Of a stretch of 64,000 nt of DNA, positions 1 to 12,152 are shown in pieces. A model generated the notes under the pieces. The model was not told where the DNA came from and ran no database searches. It was given only the letters and a program-made list of their open reading frames with translations. The position numbers and the translations under genes are program-made. The stretch is from Hamiltosporidium tvaerminnensis FI-OER-3-3 (lineage: Eukaryota > Fungi > Microsporidia). Numbering within the stretch: the stretch's first letter is position 1; each line of letters starts with the position of its first letter. Location of the stretch: NCBI GenBank assembly GCA_022605425.2, contig JAKIMF020000001.1, forward strand, positions 620,001 to 684,000, written 5' to 3'.

Positions 1-610
1 TGTGATGAGTTTGAAATGAAAAATGATGACTATCAAAGAATTTTGATAGCAAGTCGAATATATCTAAGCAAAAATCCCGAAGTTCACAAAAATATCAAAG
101 AGCAGCCAGAATATTTTAATATACTCTACAAGATTTTAGAAAAACTTAAAGAATACCAGTTTTCCGTATGTATTGTATATTACAATAAATTTTATGTTAA
201 CTTCTCACAAGCGTGCAAAAATTCGAAATGAACCTTCTATCAAAAAAAATGAAACCAGCAGTTTTCAACCTGCAAAATCTAGTCTAAATCAAGGAATTCA
301 TACTCAAAATTTTGACAAGGCCCCTGTTAATTCTGAAAATAAATCAGAAAAGAGGCGTTTAGAACCCCAAAACCCCGAAAAATTAAAAAAAATATCCGAG
401 TTTCAGAAAGAAGTTTTAGACAAATTGATTGATGAATTTAACATAAAAACATATTATTTTTTCTATGAGCTTTTTAAGCCTTCAACAGTTGATTTTTCTA
501 GCGAAATAAGTGCTTTCACAAGACTGCAAATATTTGGGTGCAAAATTGAATTTATATTTCTAAAAAATGAAATTTCTCAAACGGAAGAGGAAAACTTAAA
601 TGAATCCTAA
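1..610 (+). CDS. Hypothetical protein, possibly 5'-partial; two exons (1/16..165 + 212..610)
   Basis: ORFs 16..231 and 173..610 join in frame (KEYQFS|RAKIRNEPS) after removing a GT-AG intron at 166..211; the frame is open back to base 1. Confidence 0.6.
166..211 (+). other. Spliceosomal intron, 46 nt, phase 0
   Basis: Donor GTATGT, branch-like GTTAAC, acceptor AAG; excision restores the reading frame. Confidence 0.7.
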
Positions 611-1679
611 CTTCTTATTTATTTTTAAAATTATAAGCGTTTATTTTTTATTCCCTACGTGCGTCATAATAAAGATTATTTTACTATTTCATTAAAAAAT
701 TATGTTTTTTTATTTTTAATTTATTTACGATTTTGAAAAAAAAAGTCAATACTTTGTCTTATTTAAGAAATGTTTCATTTTATCTTTTAAATTATGTTAA
801 TTTTCACATTTTTTACTAGTCAGTTATATAACAGACTAAATATTTTGATATGAAGAAATATTTTTTTGAAAATTGTCTATATTTATATTCTTATGTAAAT
901 AATGATCTTCATATCTTTTAGCATGTAATTAATGATATCGAATAGGTTTGCAATTACTCATTCATTGGGAGATTAAAGGAAAAGTAAACGAATCCTTTAA
1001 CCGAGAATACTGTCCAGAATAAAGTAGTAAAGAATAATTATCTTGCCTAAACATCAATTTATAAATAATGAAAACCTATTTTGCATATAATATTTAGTGT
1101 CTTAAGCTATATTACTTTTCCCCGGGCCATACCACCTGTATTACTTTTTATAATTTCCTATAAAATTATAAAATAGTCTAAAACTAACACAAAATCCGCC
1201 AGAAAAGGCAGACATCAAAGTCTTGGACATTAAAAAATAACATACTTTAATTATTGTCTTTAATTGCAGTTTTTACATTGCAGTAATATTAATTCTTATG
1301 AAAATTTATTTTACTCTATACCATACGACCCCCTTTCACGCATTTTAAAAGATCACTCTCCTTACGCCATGCAAAATTCCCTTTTAAAAAATTACTAAAA
1401 GGTTTAACAAAAATATAGTATATTATTCGTTCTCCCAGCTACTTTAATATACTCTCTTGCCACATTCTGCAAAAAGAGTAAAGCAATGAATAAAAATATT
1501 AAAATGAGACCAAATATGGGTAATTTTTTTTTGAAAAATATATTTGGGTAGCTTAGATGTTATATTTTGTATGTTTCTTTAATTTTTGTTAAATATGAAG
1601 TGTCATATAATAGAAGAAAGGTAAAAAAATCAAATACAAGATATAAATCAAATATTATACTTTATAAAATTTTGGTTTG

Positions 1680-2600
1680 AAATGTTTTTTTATTCTTCTA
1701 TCCAGATTCATCAGCCTCTTTAATTACTTAGCACATTTTCAAATAGGACTCTTATTTTATGTTTACTTCCGGCTCCTTTAAAATTGTTCCTCTATCTGAA
1801 ATAAGAGGTATATAATTTCTAATTTAACCTATTTAACACCATCTTGCTCGTTATTTGCTTGTCTTAAACAGTCTTTAATTTCTTTTGCAGCTCAGCTGTT
1901 TTTATAGCACATATTGGCGCTCTTGGCTAGCACCTTTCGGTGTTTCGTTCTGGCTCAAGTCTTCTTCATCAATCAAAAGAAATTATTCCGCCTTTATCTC
2001 GAGCCTTTCGATTCAATATATGACTCTACATTCATGGGTATTCGCAGTCTTTAAAATACATCTTTTGGTGTTTTGTCACAATACCTTCCCAGGTTATAAG
2101 ATAACAACTTCTTTCGACACCACACTTATAAATAAGTCCCAAGTCATTGGCTAATAAGTCAAATTCCTAGGTTTTTCAGTTTCAACTATTTCAAGTGAAT
2201 TTTGAGAAATATTTCGATTTGAAAGAGTGTTATCATGTTTTTCTTATCCAAAATATATATTTCGAGTCTATTATTTAGAATTTTGACATATGTTTTTATC
2301 CCGATGTTCACTCTAATCTTTACATACTCGCTATCATTAATTTTTTGAATCAAGTGGCATCCAATTTATTTTTAAGACACAAGTATATCATATTTAGCAG
2401 AATCAAATGCATATGTCGTACCAGTTCGTATTTCGAGCGGGATGCCCTTAACTAAACTTTTTTTTACTTTGGTCAAATAGTCTACTGTTTCTTGGATAGA
2501 TTGCATTCTTGAAATAAAACTACTGGTCACAAGAATGCATTTTTATTCTGAATATGGCAGAACACTTCACTACTGCATATAGGGAATATATTTAATCTAG
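1680..2600 (-). mobile_element. Decayed 3' part of an RLE-type non-LTR retrotransposon related to the 49430..53241 element
   Basis: 2130-2210 aligns with 49911-49994 (ETEKLRKYDLLANELGL segment); 1765-1792 resembles the element 3' region; many stops and indels; boundaries approximate. Confidence 0.7.
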
Positions 2601-2639
2601 ATAAATTTATGTACTAAAGTATTATATTTTTATATTTTA

Positions 2640-2800
2640 TTTCACCATTATCGGTGCTACAGTCCCTGTAGAACCTTGGCCGCCGCAGAAACGTCAGTTC
2701 GCCATTCTTCCCGAAATTTTTATATTTCTAAACGTTAATTTTTAAAAAAATTCAGTGTTTCGAGTTCTTGTTAAAATGTTTTTAAAGGTTGACTAAAGAT
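2640..2800 (-). mobile_element. RTE-clade LINE 3'-end remnant
   Basis: Minus strand reads EEWR..SAAAKVLQGL* followed by a GATAATGGTGAA tail; has the GGCCAAGG..GACTGTAGCACC 3' motif shared with the SINE-like copies. Confidence 0.55.
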
Positions 2801-3192
2801 CCAAACCAAATCAAGGGATATTTTTAAGAAGTGTTTATTGTTTTATTATTTAAGCACACAAGATCAATTGCAACTAAGTTATTTAAAGACATTGTTAAAT
2901 AATGATAATTTAAAAAATTAAATTGAAAATAGAAACTAGATTTATTATTTCTTTCCATCTCATCCACGTTTTTAGTTACTTTTCACCTCTTTTTTGAACT
3001 AAAAACTAAGTTTAATTTAAATTTGTTGATTATGCTTATATTTTTACTTGTGTCGTTCCCCATATTTCTTGTAGTTAAGGGAAATCCATTTAATAATAAT
3101 TTGATTCTGTCTATGTTTTTGTTTGCTGTATTCTATATTTTTCCATATTTTAAGAAAATTTATTTATTATTTTTTTTACTTTGACTCCCTCC

Positions 3193-4221
3193 ATGGATTC
3201 AAGCTATACAAATTTTGAAAAATATGGAAGTCTTATAGCAGAAATACATGGTAAAGTATCTTCTATGCTACAACAATCAGATTATGAATCATTAGAACAA
3301 TGTGAAACAGTAGAAGACATGGTAGTAAGATTATCGCATACTTCATATGCGTCATATTTATCCGAAGAACTTCAATTTAATAAAAAAGAATTTTTAAAAA
3401 GATTAAACAAATCTTTTTACAATGAATTTATGTATATGTACAGGAATTCAGAAAATGATTTGAAACTTCTTTTAAATTATTTTATTGAAGTTATAAAAAT
3501 ACAAAATTTTATATTTCTATTGGCCAGTAAATCTGAAGATCCAGATTTAAAATGTATGGAAGAAATCGATATGTTGGGGAATTTTAATGAACTTGATGCT
3601 ATAAAAATATCTGCTGATATGTCTGATGTTTACAAATTTTGTGTTGAAAGTACTTTTCTAAAGAAATATTATGATAAAGTTTATATTGAAAAGGAATTTG
3701 CAAAAAATGACTGGCAAATAATTCAAAGTACATTTTTTAAAAACCACATTGAAAATTTTTACGACCAAATAAATAATCTCGATACCATGGATTATATGAA
3801 AGAAATACTTAAATACGAAGGAGACAGAAAAATTATTGAATTGACTATAAATACTTTAGATTCTGTTGATATTGTTGATAAGAAACGTATAGATTTATAT
3901 CCAACTGTATGTTCCTTTGATAGAGGTTCTATTTGTAAGATGAGTGAGTGTACCTCAATGGAAAGTATTAGAGATGTACTATGTGGTCACCCTATGTATA
4001 AAAAAATCGTTATGTACGAAGACAACGATTTTATGAAGAACTTATTTGATTTAGAAATAAAAAACTATCTTTCATCTTTAAGTGAATTCAATGATCTAAG
4101 CTGCACTTATTGCTATTTTAAATTGAAAGAAAGAGAAATTAAGAATATCATGTGGATTGCTGAATGTATTTCTCATGAAAATAAAGAAGGAATGAAAGAT
4201 GTAATGGTTATTGAAAATTAA
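3193..4221 (+). CDS. VMA6: V-type ATPase V0 subunit d
   Basis: Motifs LQQSDYESLEQCETVED, YEGDRKIIELTINT, YCYFKLKEREIKNIMWIAECI; ATG at 3193 follows a CCC motif (the track start at 3181 is TTG). Confidence 0.95.
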   Translation: MDSSYTNFEKYGSLIAEIHGKVSSMLQQSDYESLEQCETVEDMVVRLSHTSYASYLSEELQFNKKEFLKRLNKSFYNEFMYMYRNSENDLKLLLNYFIEVIKIQNFIFLLASKSEDPDLKCMEEIDMLGNFNELDAIKISADMSDVYKFCVESTFLKKYYDKVYIEKEFAKNDWQIIQSTFFKNHIENFYDQINNLDTMDYMKEILKYEGDRKIIELTINTLDSVDIVDKKRIDLYPTVCSFDRGSICKMSECTSMESIRDVLCGHPMYKKIVMYEDNDFMKNLFDLEIKNYLSSLSEFNDLSCTYCYFKLKEREIKNIMWIAECISHENKEGMKDVMVIEN

Positions 4222-4384
4222 ATGTTTTTTTTAGTATTTTTAATGTCATTTATTAAGGAAGAAAAGAGATATGTAATAGTTATTGAAAATTAAATGTTTT
4301 TTTAGTATTTTTAATGTCATTTATTAAGGAAGAAAAGAGATATGTAATAGTTATTGAAAATTAAATGTTTTTTTAGTATTTTTT
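4199..4384 (+). repeat. ~71-bp tandem repeat (2.6 copies) covering the VMA6 stop codon and 3' UTR
   Basis: ATGTAAT(A/G)GTTATTGAAAATTAAATG recurs at 4199, 4271 and 4342. Confidence 0.9.
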
Positions 4385-6442
4385 TTATACTTACATACGT
4401 TTTTAGGAAAAAAAATTCTTATCTACAAAAATTATTAAATTAATTTAAAAATATTTAATTTTCAATTTTAGGGAAATCAAATAAATAGAAAGCAACAAGA
4501 AAATAATTTAATCATAGTTTATGGTTGAAGATGAAAATTTTATGATTAATTTTTAAATATTGGTAATACGAATTATAATTAAAAAGTTTAGTACAGAAGA
4601 AAGATGAAACTTGATCAAATTAAGTTTTAAAATAAATTAAATTCTACTTTTTTATGTTTAGATTTGTGTGTTTCAATTATGAATTAATAATAGAGTATAA
4701 AATATTTGGATAAGAATATATTTTCAACCTAAAAAATATATATTGTTATTGAGGTTGGGATTGGCAAAATCTTAGAAAAAAGGTGTTAGTTTCAAATGCT
4801 TATATCATATGAGAATCGACTATTTTTTATTTAAATTTTAACAAAAAAGTTATATTTGAATATTACATGTTTTAAATTTCGAAAGAAATTCTCAAATATT
4901 TTTTCTATAAATTTAAAATTCGGTTGAGAAATGATATAATTAATAAAATTACTTATACCTTGTTTTTAAACACGATTTATCGTATTTATATTTGTTTTTA
5001 CTGATGCCTGATATTTCGTAAATAAATCAGATTATATTAGATAGAAGTGTCCATGTAATATGAATTAATTATAAAATTATTTAAGTGCTACATCTATAAA
5101 TAAGACATGATAAATTTTAAGAATCTGTATTTGTAAGTGTATTTTTTTGCTTTTATACTCAAAAATTTATACACGACTTAAAGACGGATTATAGCCTAGG
5201 TTCTTTTTGTTGTGAAATTAATTGGCAATTTTTTTTAGCTGGTTTGTTTTTCAACTTAGTACAAAGCTTGTTTTTTTACGAAAGATAAAGAGTGCACCAA
5301 CCAAGTATCGAATAAAACCCATTGGATTCAGAAGTTTTTCATTTTTGTAAACAGTTACAACTGGTGATCTCTAATTTCAGTGCTTAGTATACACGAGGAA
5401 AACTTTTATGAGACAAATAATTCTTCAGTTTAAAGAGTACAATATTATTTCAATTCATATGTAATGTAAATATATCAGATCTATTTTTCAGAATATTTAC
5501 CCAACAACTAGTCTGCTTTCCACTTTTATTTTTATAAATTTTTAAGAGAATGATTCCTAATTCATTTCTTAGTCTTTTTTATCTTATTTTTAGAAGTAAT
5601 TTATTCTTTTATTTAAATTATAAACAATCCTATATAGTCATGTCCAAGCATTTTTTCACGGCAATTATATAAACTTTTTACTGAATTCAGATGTGTTTTA
5701 CATCTGAATCCATATTTTATATAGATCATAATACATTTATATCCTAGATATAGCAAAACATTTATACTAAACTTCATAAAAAAACAGTTAAAAAGTAATT
5801 GGTTAGCATGCCAATTCAGTTTTCGAAAGCTTCCTATCCACGAAACCCAGTAAATTCTATTTCTTTAAAAAAAAAGCTTTAAAAAAAATGGAAAATTTAT
5901 TAAAATTTTATATACAACAGTGCCCAGTCTTAAAAGAAAACATTTTCATAAAGAATATGCCTTCACATTGTGTTTGTAATTTGATAGGACATATAACTAG
6001 TAACACTTTATTTTATAACTCATTCAACCTACTTCACATACATATGAAACCTAGTCAGGGGTTTATTATATTTTTATTTTATACTATTTTTTTACTAAGA
6101 AATAACCAACAAACTCATAAGCTTATAGATCAACTATCTATCAAATTTTTATTTTATACGATCTTTCATACTAGACATAACCAACAAACTAATGAGCTTA
6201 TAGATCAACTATCTCTCAATTTTTCAACTCACTTTTTTAAAAGAAATCAGAAATTAATGGAATTTTATTACAAAAAATAAGAATTACAATTTTTTATAAA
6301 AAGATTAAAACTATAACCAAGACTAAATAAAAAGAACAAACGACTTATAAATATTTTATTTATTGCATATTATACAATAAAACAACAAAAAATTTACAAA
6401 TTCAATATTTTATAAAGAAAAATAATTGAAAACCTAATAATT

Positions 6443-6650
6443 TATTAGAAATATAGATTTACAAAAAATTTGTTTGTAAACCAATTATAAAATACAAATT
6501 TAAAAATTATAAGAACTATAGATTTACAAATCATTTGTTTGTAAACCAATTATAAAATACAGATTTAAAAATTATTAGAAATATAGATTTACAAAAAATT
6601 TGTTTGTAAACCAATTATAAAATACAGATTTAAAAATTATAAGAAATATA
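6443..6650. repeat. 65-bp tandem repeat x3
   Basis: TATAGATTTACA recurs at 6452, 6517 and 6582. Confidence 0.9.
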
Positions 6651-6681
6651 AAAACTCTACAAATAATCAAATATGGTGTAT

Positions 6682-7005
6682 TTAATTATCAGTTAAGGTA
6701 TGATGTCCTTCATAAAAATCTTTATATTCTGAACAAGCCACCTTCAACTCATTTAGATCATCTTCACACTTATCTCTATTTATCTCTTCACTCTGTATTT
6801 CCTCATACAATTTTTCAGCAAATTCGTATATTTTCTTTTGGTTTTTTATAGATTCAAGTAAAAAATTTATATCATTGTTGTTTATCTTACTTGTAACAAT
6901 ATAATCTACTATGTTTTCTAACAAGTTACCATATGATGATAATCTTTCTAAAGTGTTGTTTCCTTTGATTTGTTCGCGTAGATTTTCAAAATTTTCTTCT
7001 TTCAT
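6682..7005 (-). CDS. Hypothetical helical protein, 107 aa
   Basis: Clean ATG ORF with typical composition, divergent from RPS25; no family recognised. Confidence 0.65.
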   Translation of the reverse strand: MKEENFENLREQIKGNNTLERLSSYGNLLENIVDYIVTSKINNNDINFLLESIKNQKKIYEFAEKLYEEIQSEEINRDKCEDDLNELKVACSEYKDFYEGHHTLTDN

Positions 7006-7477
7006 TTTTCTTTTTTATGTGTCTTTTTAAAAAATATATTTTTTTTTATTTTTTTTTTATAAAAAGTGTTACAATAGTTTTATATTTTTGATTAGAAAAT
7101 GATACGTTAGTTTTACAAAAGAATAGGTAAATAAAAAGTAACAAATTATTTAAAAAAATAAATTTTATTTAAAAATTTTGGTAATAAATTGTATATTTAT
7201 TGCTTTGTTTCGATTTTTTTTATCAATATGAGAAAAAAACACAAATAATATTTTAATTTTTGTTTATTTCATTTCTTATTTTTTTTACTCTTTTATACAA
7301 ATATTTCCATTTCCATTTCTATTTCTTTCGAATATAAAAATTTCATTTTTTTTACTCTTTTATACAAATATTTCTATTTCCATTTCTATTTTCATTTCTT
7401 TCGAATGAAAAATTATTTTTTCTTTTATTCTACACAAATATTTCTTTTATCTTACTTCGTAAATTTTTGTAAAAATT

Positions 7478-7556
7478 TATAAAAAAATATAAAAAAATAT
7501 AAAAAAATATAAAAAAATATAAAAAAATATAAAAAAATATAAAAAAATATAAAAAA
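7478..7556. repeat. (AAAAAAATAT)n microsatellite immediately upstream of RPS25
   Basis: About 8 near-perfect 10-bp units. Confidence 0.95.
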
Positions 7557-7575
7557 TTCATCCCATCGAGACAAA

Positions 7576-7944
7576 ATGGTAAAAAAAATTCAAGAAACGA
7601 AAGCAGCAAAAGCTGCCAAGGCAACAAGATCTTCATCAAAAGAGAAAAAGAAATGGTCAGCTTCAAAGGCAAAAGAAACAAACAGGAGAGCAGTTTGTAT
7701 TGATAACGAATTGCTTGCAAAAATAAGAAAAGAAATAGTAAATATGAATTATGTTACTAAAAGTATTGTTTCTGAGAGATACGGGTTGTGTTTGAGTCTT
7801 TCTAAAAATTTATTAGAAATGTTTTGTGGAGAAAATCTTATTGCACCTGTTCTCTTTAATAGTATTGTTAAGGTTTATGGAAAAGTTGTTAAGAAGGAAA
7901 AGATTGAGACACCTAAGGTTGTTGAAGGAGAAGCTTGGGCTTAA
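7576..7944 (+). CDS. RPS25: 40S ribosomal protein eS25
   Basis: KKKWS motif, YVTKSIVSERYGLCLSLSKNLL winged-helix segment, C-terminal VY. Confidence 0.9.
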   Translation: MVKKIQETKAAKAAKATRSSSKEKKKWSASKAKETNRRAVCIDNELLAKIRKEIVNMNYVTKSIVSERYGLCLSLSKNLLEMFCGENLIAPVLFNSIVKVYGKVVKKEKIETPKVVEGEAWA

Positions 7945-8384
7945 AAATAAAATTTAATAATAATTTTTATGGGTTTAATAATTTATTTACTTTTTCTTTA
8001 ATGGTCTTGGAATTTAAGATATTTTTAATTTTTATTTTCTTTTCAAAAACCATTGGATTTTAAACAAAACTTGTAACTTTTAATTTTATCGTTTTATAAA
8101 AATTTTAGATATTTTATTTTCACTAAAAAACTATTGAATTTTATATAAAACTTTTAGATTATCTTTTATTAATTTAAGATATTTTTATTTTCACTTAAAA
8201 AAATATTGGATTTTTAAAACGATAATCTAAAGTTACAAGTTTTATAAAAATTATTGGTTCTTTTTTGATAAGAAATATTCACTTATAAAAAATAAAAAAT
8301 AAGTCAACGTGGGTGCATATGTAAATATTTTTAGAGATGAAGAGAAATGAAGATTAATAAAAATAATTTTAAGTTTAAAAAAAG

Positions 8385-8456
8385 TTCCCCAACCGGGAAT
8401 CGAACCCGGGCCACCGGAGTGAAAGTCCGATATCCTAGCCACTGGACCATTGGGGA
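8385..8456 (-). tRNA. tRNA-Glu (TTC)
   Basis: TCCCCAATGGTCCAGTGGCTAGGATATCGGACTTTCACTCCGGTGGCCCGGGTTCGATTCCCGGTTGGGGAA folds as a cloverleaf with anticodon TTC; followed by a T7 Pol III terminator. Confidence 0.97.
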
Positions 8457-8502
8457 TTGGTTAAATAAAAAATATATAAATTTATTGTTTAAAAAGGAGT
8501 AA

Positions 8503-10086
8503 ATGATAATACGAGTAAAGAAAAATATTAAAGATAACGAAAATAAGGAAAATAAAATAAAACAAGAGTATAATGGGGAAATAGAGAGTGAAAATGAAAA
8601 AGAAATTAATCTGGAGGGGGATTTAAATATGGAAATGAAAATAGATTTAGAAAATAAAATTTTTGAGGAGATGGATGAATATACGTTACAGGAATATTTA
8701 TTGAGCGAAAGAAGACTGAGTATAGATTTTATAAGCAAGGTGGTTAAAGATGCGATGAATATTTTACAGTTGGAAAAGAATGTTTTAGAAATTAATGTAC
8801 CAACTGTTGTTTTGGGAGATATACATGGACAATTTTATGATTTAATTAATATTTTGTCTAAAATAGAAATCGGAAAAGAGACTGTTTTATTTTTAGGTGA
8901 TTATGTAGACCGAGGATATTTTTCAATTGAGACTTACATTTATTTACTTTTTTTGAAAATAAAATTTCCTAAAAATATATTTTTACTGCGAGGGAATCAT
9001 GAGTGTGAAAGATTAACGAAATATTTTACTTTTAAGACAGAATGTTCTTATAAATATTGTGATCTGATATATTATTTGTTCATAGAGTCTTTTAAATATT
9101 TACCGCTTGCTGCGATTGTATTAAAGAAAATGTTCTGTGTTCACGGGGGTCTTTCTCCAGGGGTTCGATCAGTAGATAGTATTAATTCTGTGAATAGGTT
9201 TTGTGAAATACCGCTGAGTGGAATTATATGTGATTTACTCTGGTCAGATCCTTCTCCTAAATATGATAAAACACCTAAAAGTTTCTTTTTTAATGAAAAT
9301 AGAAGATGCTCGTATTTCTATTCATACGAAGGTGTGTGTAATTTTTTAAATAAAAATAATCTTCTTATGGTTGTAAGAGGACATGAAGTACAATTAGAGG
9401 GATATAAGCTTTATAAAAAACATAACGGGGTTCCTTCTGTCATAACTCTGTTCTCTGCACCAAATTACTGCGATGCTTATAAAAATTTAGGAAGTATTCT
9501 AAAGTTTGATGGAAAGGAATGTGAAATATTGCAATTTGAGTGCGTAGAACATCCATACTGGCTTCCTAATTTCTTAGATGGATTAAATTGGAGTTTCCCT
9601 TTTGTAGCTGAAAAAATTGCAGAGTTTTTTTTAGATTTGTTAAAAAGCGCTTATTCAGATGAAAGTTCTTCAAGCACAATTCGAGATGATATAATATCAG
9701 AGGAAATGAAGAAAGCTGTGAATTTTAGCGGTTGTATGGGGATTATGCGCGAAGAGCGCGAATGTCTAAACGAAATGGAAGATGAAGAAAGCGACGTTGT
9801 TTTTTCAACTGTTTTGAAGTATCCATCTACAGAAAATCTTAATTATGTCGATGCAAAGGATAAAGACACGGAAAATGAAACACTGGTAGATCCAGAAATC
9901 GTAGAAGGCACAACTTTAGAAGTAAACCCATCTTGTAGTGCTCCAATTTCAAAAAAATTGAAAGATGCCGGACTGGAAGTATTAGAAGAAACAAAAGTAA
10001 TACCCAAAGGAGACTTACAGGGTGTAGAAATAAAAAAAAACAGAAGTCCTTGGTGTTTTTTCTCATGTTTAGGTTGGGAAAAATAG
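8503..10086 (+). CDS. CNA1: Calcineurin (PP2B) catalytic subunit A
   Basis: GDIHG, GDYVDRG, RGNHE, SAPNY motifs plus the calcineurin-specific HPYWLPNF..WSFPFVAEK CnB-binding helix. Confidence 0.95.
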   Translation: MIIRVKKNIKDNENKENKIKQEYNGEIESENEKEINLEGDLNMEMKIDLENKIFEEMDEYTLQEYLLSERRLSIDFISKVVKDAMNILQLEKNVLEINVPTVVLGDIHGQFYDLINILSKIEIGKETVLFLGDYVDRGYFSIETYIYLLFLKIKFPKNIFLLRGNHECERLTKYFTFKTECSYKYCDLIYYLFIESFKYLPLAAIVLKKMFCVHGGLSPGVRSVDSINSVNRFCEIPLSGIICDLLWSDPSPKYDKTPKSFFFNENRRCSYFYSYEGVCNFLNKNNLLMVVRGHEVQLEGYKLYKKHNGVPSVITLFSAPNYCDAYKNLGSILKFDGKECEILQFECVEHPYWLPNFLDGLNWSFPFVAEKIAEFFLDLLKSAYSDESSSSTIRDDIISEEMKKAVNFSGCMGIMREERECLNEMEDEESDVVFSTVLKYPSTENLNYVDAKDKDTENETLVDPEIVEGTTLEVNPSCSAPISKKLKDAGLEVLEETKVIPKGDLQGVEIKKNRSPWCFFSCLGWEK

Positions 10087-10862
10087 AAAAATTAAAGACT
10101 TAAACCAAGAATTTTTGTAAATAAAAATCTTATCACTAAACTTAAATTTTGATTCTATAATATAACTTGAAATCTTAATAAATGGGTCATTAACAGACAT
10201 GCTTTAAATTTTATTTATTTTTTAGTTCTATATTGAATTTTAATATATACTTTTCTCATAAAGAATAAAGAATTTTAATAAGTCATTTATATTGTGGCAT
10301 TATGAATTTATTTTCTTAAACATTATCTCTATTTAATATTGTTACAAAATTACATATTTATAGGTTTGTATTGAATTTTATGTCTTGTCATCACGATCTA
10401 TATACCATCTCCATATAGTCCATATTAAGTATATACATGATACCCGATTGCCATACAGAAATTATAATACTCTTTATATAACTTTGTAATTAGCTCCTTT
10501 GATTTATCTTATCAAATAATTGTATCATGAAAAAATCCAACTTTAATCACTTCAAAGTAAAATTTTCAAAATCATGTTGTAAACTATAATAAAAATTAAA
10601 GAAGAAACTTTTAACTATATTGTATCTTATTGATTACTTATCATGATTAAAAAATTGATTAAGATTAAGAAATAATAAATATTTATAGTAGAAAATAATG
10701 AATTCTTTATAATAAGACACACGTATTTTTTTACGTTACATGATAATAAATCTACTAATAAATATGAATTGAACAAATAGCAAAGTAAAAAAACAAGAAA
10801 TATAGCACATTTTTTTAGATTAAAATTATATTTAAATTGATAAAATTCTATTAAACAATAAT

Positions 10863-12152
10863 TTAGTATTTAATTATTTCAATTAACCGTTTTGTAAAAT
10901 TAGCAAAGTTGAAGTCAAGAGCTCTTAACTTAGAAAGTTCAGATACTTTTTCGTATAATTCATCATCTTTGCGTAGATTTTCAACTTCAAAAACAAAACT
11001 CGCTGTACTTCCATTAACAAGAATTCCATTTTCATAATTCCCAATTATTTCTACAGGTCCTCCTGATTTTCTAGCCACTACAGGTATTTCTTGTTGCATT
11101 GCTTCAATAATTGCTATTCCGAAATGTTCTGCTTCAGGTGTATAAATAAATATTCTACTTATGGAATATAAATGTGTCAAAATTTTTGTACCACAATTTA
11201 ACACAAAAAATACTTTCTTGGAACTTGAATATTTTTCGAAAATATCATCAAATTTCTCATCGATATGACATTTGTGATAGAAAAACCTTTTATTCTTATA
11301 ATTTTGAAGAGAAAAAAATTTCAGATCGATACTGTGACAAGAATAATCCATTATGTGTATTTGAAAATTATACTCGGTAGATTTATTAAGAAGTTCAAAA
11401 AAATGGTTTGAATTGTATTTCGAATCAAACCCTCCACAAATCAATAAGTTTTTAGAATTTGACTCGTTAAAAACATCTATTGATATATCTAACATCTTTT
11501 TTGGATGAAATCTTCCAACAGTAAGCAAAATATCGTATTTTTTTCGTATACCCAATAAATTATTCTTATCATAAACGATATAGCAATCATTTATGCATGG
11601 ATATAGAATGAAATATTGAAGATCTTTACCATATATAGATTTACAAACAGTTTTGGTATAATTAGAATTCACCAAAATTTTTGAAGCAAAAAATACACAA
11701 AAACTTTCCAAATACAGCAGAATTGAATCATAAATAAATAAAATAGGAGAAATCAAAGAAGGAACACGATCTTTTAGGCAAATATCAGGAAAATGACAGT
11801 AAAAAAACACTTTTTCGAAGAATAATCTAAGAAAAGGAACAGAATAGGGAACATGATCTAATATAACAATATCTGCCTCCACGAACAATATCACATAAAC
11901 AGAAATATAAATTGCAGTCAGCAACGAAAAGAAAGACATACCTCTTCCAACAATAGAATCAGGAATAAATTTCCCCACTAGTAAAGGTCTACAGATATCC
12001 AATGTATCATCAAAACACCTTTTTTCATCAAAATTCTTCGAAATAAGCACTACCTCGTTATCTTCGTCCTTTAAACTTTTACAAATGTCAAGCATTAATC
12101 TCTCCGCACCACCAATTCCAAGATTTGGATGTATTACACATATTTTACTCAT
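10863..12152 (-). CDS. ALG2: Alpha-1,3/1,6-mannosyltransferase (GT4)
   Basis: HPNLGIGGAERL, FYCHFPD, VNSNYT, YTPEAEHFGI..IEAM, SGGPVE. Confidence 0.9.
   Translation of the reverse strand: MSKICVIHPNLGIGGAERLMLDICKSLKDEDNEVVLISKNFDEKRCFDDTLDICRPLLVGKFIPDSIVGRGMSFFSLLTAIYISVYVILFVEADIVILDHVPYSVPFLRLFFEKVFFYCHFPDICLKDRVPSLISPILFIYDSILLYLESFCVFFASKILVNSNYTKTVCKSIYGKDLQYFILYPCINDCYIVYDKNNLLGIRKKYDILLTVGRFHPKKMLDISIDVFNESNSKNLLICGGFDSKYNSNHFFELLNKSTEYNFQIHIMDYSCHSIDLKFFSLQNYKNKRFFYHKCHIDEKFDDIFEKYSSSKKVFFVLNCGTKILTHLYSISRIFIYTPEAEHFGIAIIEAMQQEIPVVARKSGGPVEIIGNYENGILVNGSTASFVFEVENLRKDDELYEKVSELSKLRALDFNFANFTKRLIEIIKY

Noticed and set aside
860-1460. Further very distant copies of the 700-bp family (also ~40000-40580)
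   Set aside because: Only scattered short matches by eye; needs a profile search
5888-6280. 130-aa ORF
   Set aside because: Its 3' half is a local tandem duplication and its 5' half may be a very old copy of the dispersed family; no motif support
7430-7720. ORF antisense to RPS25
   Set aside because: Shadow of RPS25 plus a 10-bp microsatellite
8251-8738. ORFs 8251..8442 and 8331..8738
   Set aside because: They overlap the tRNA and run antisense to calcineurin
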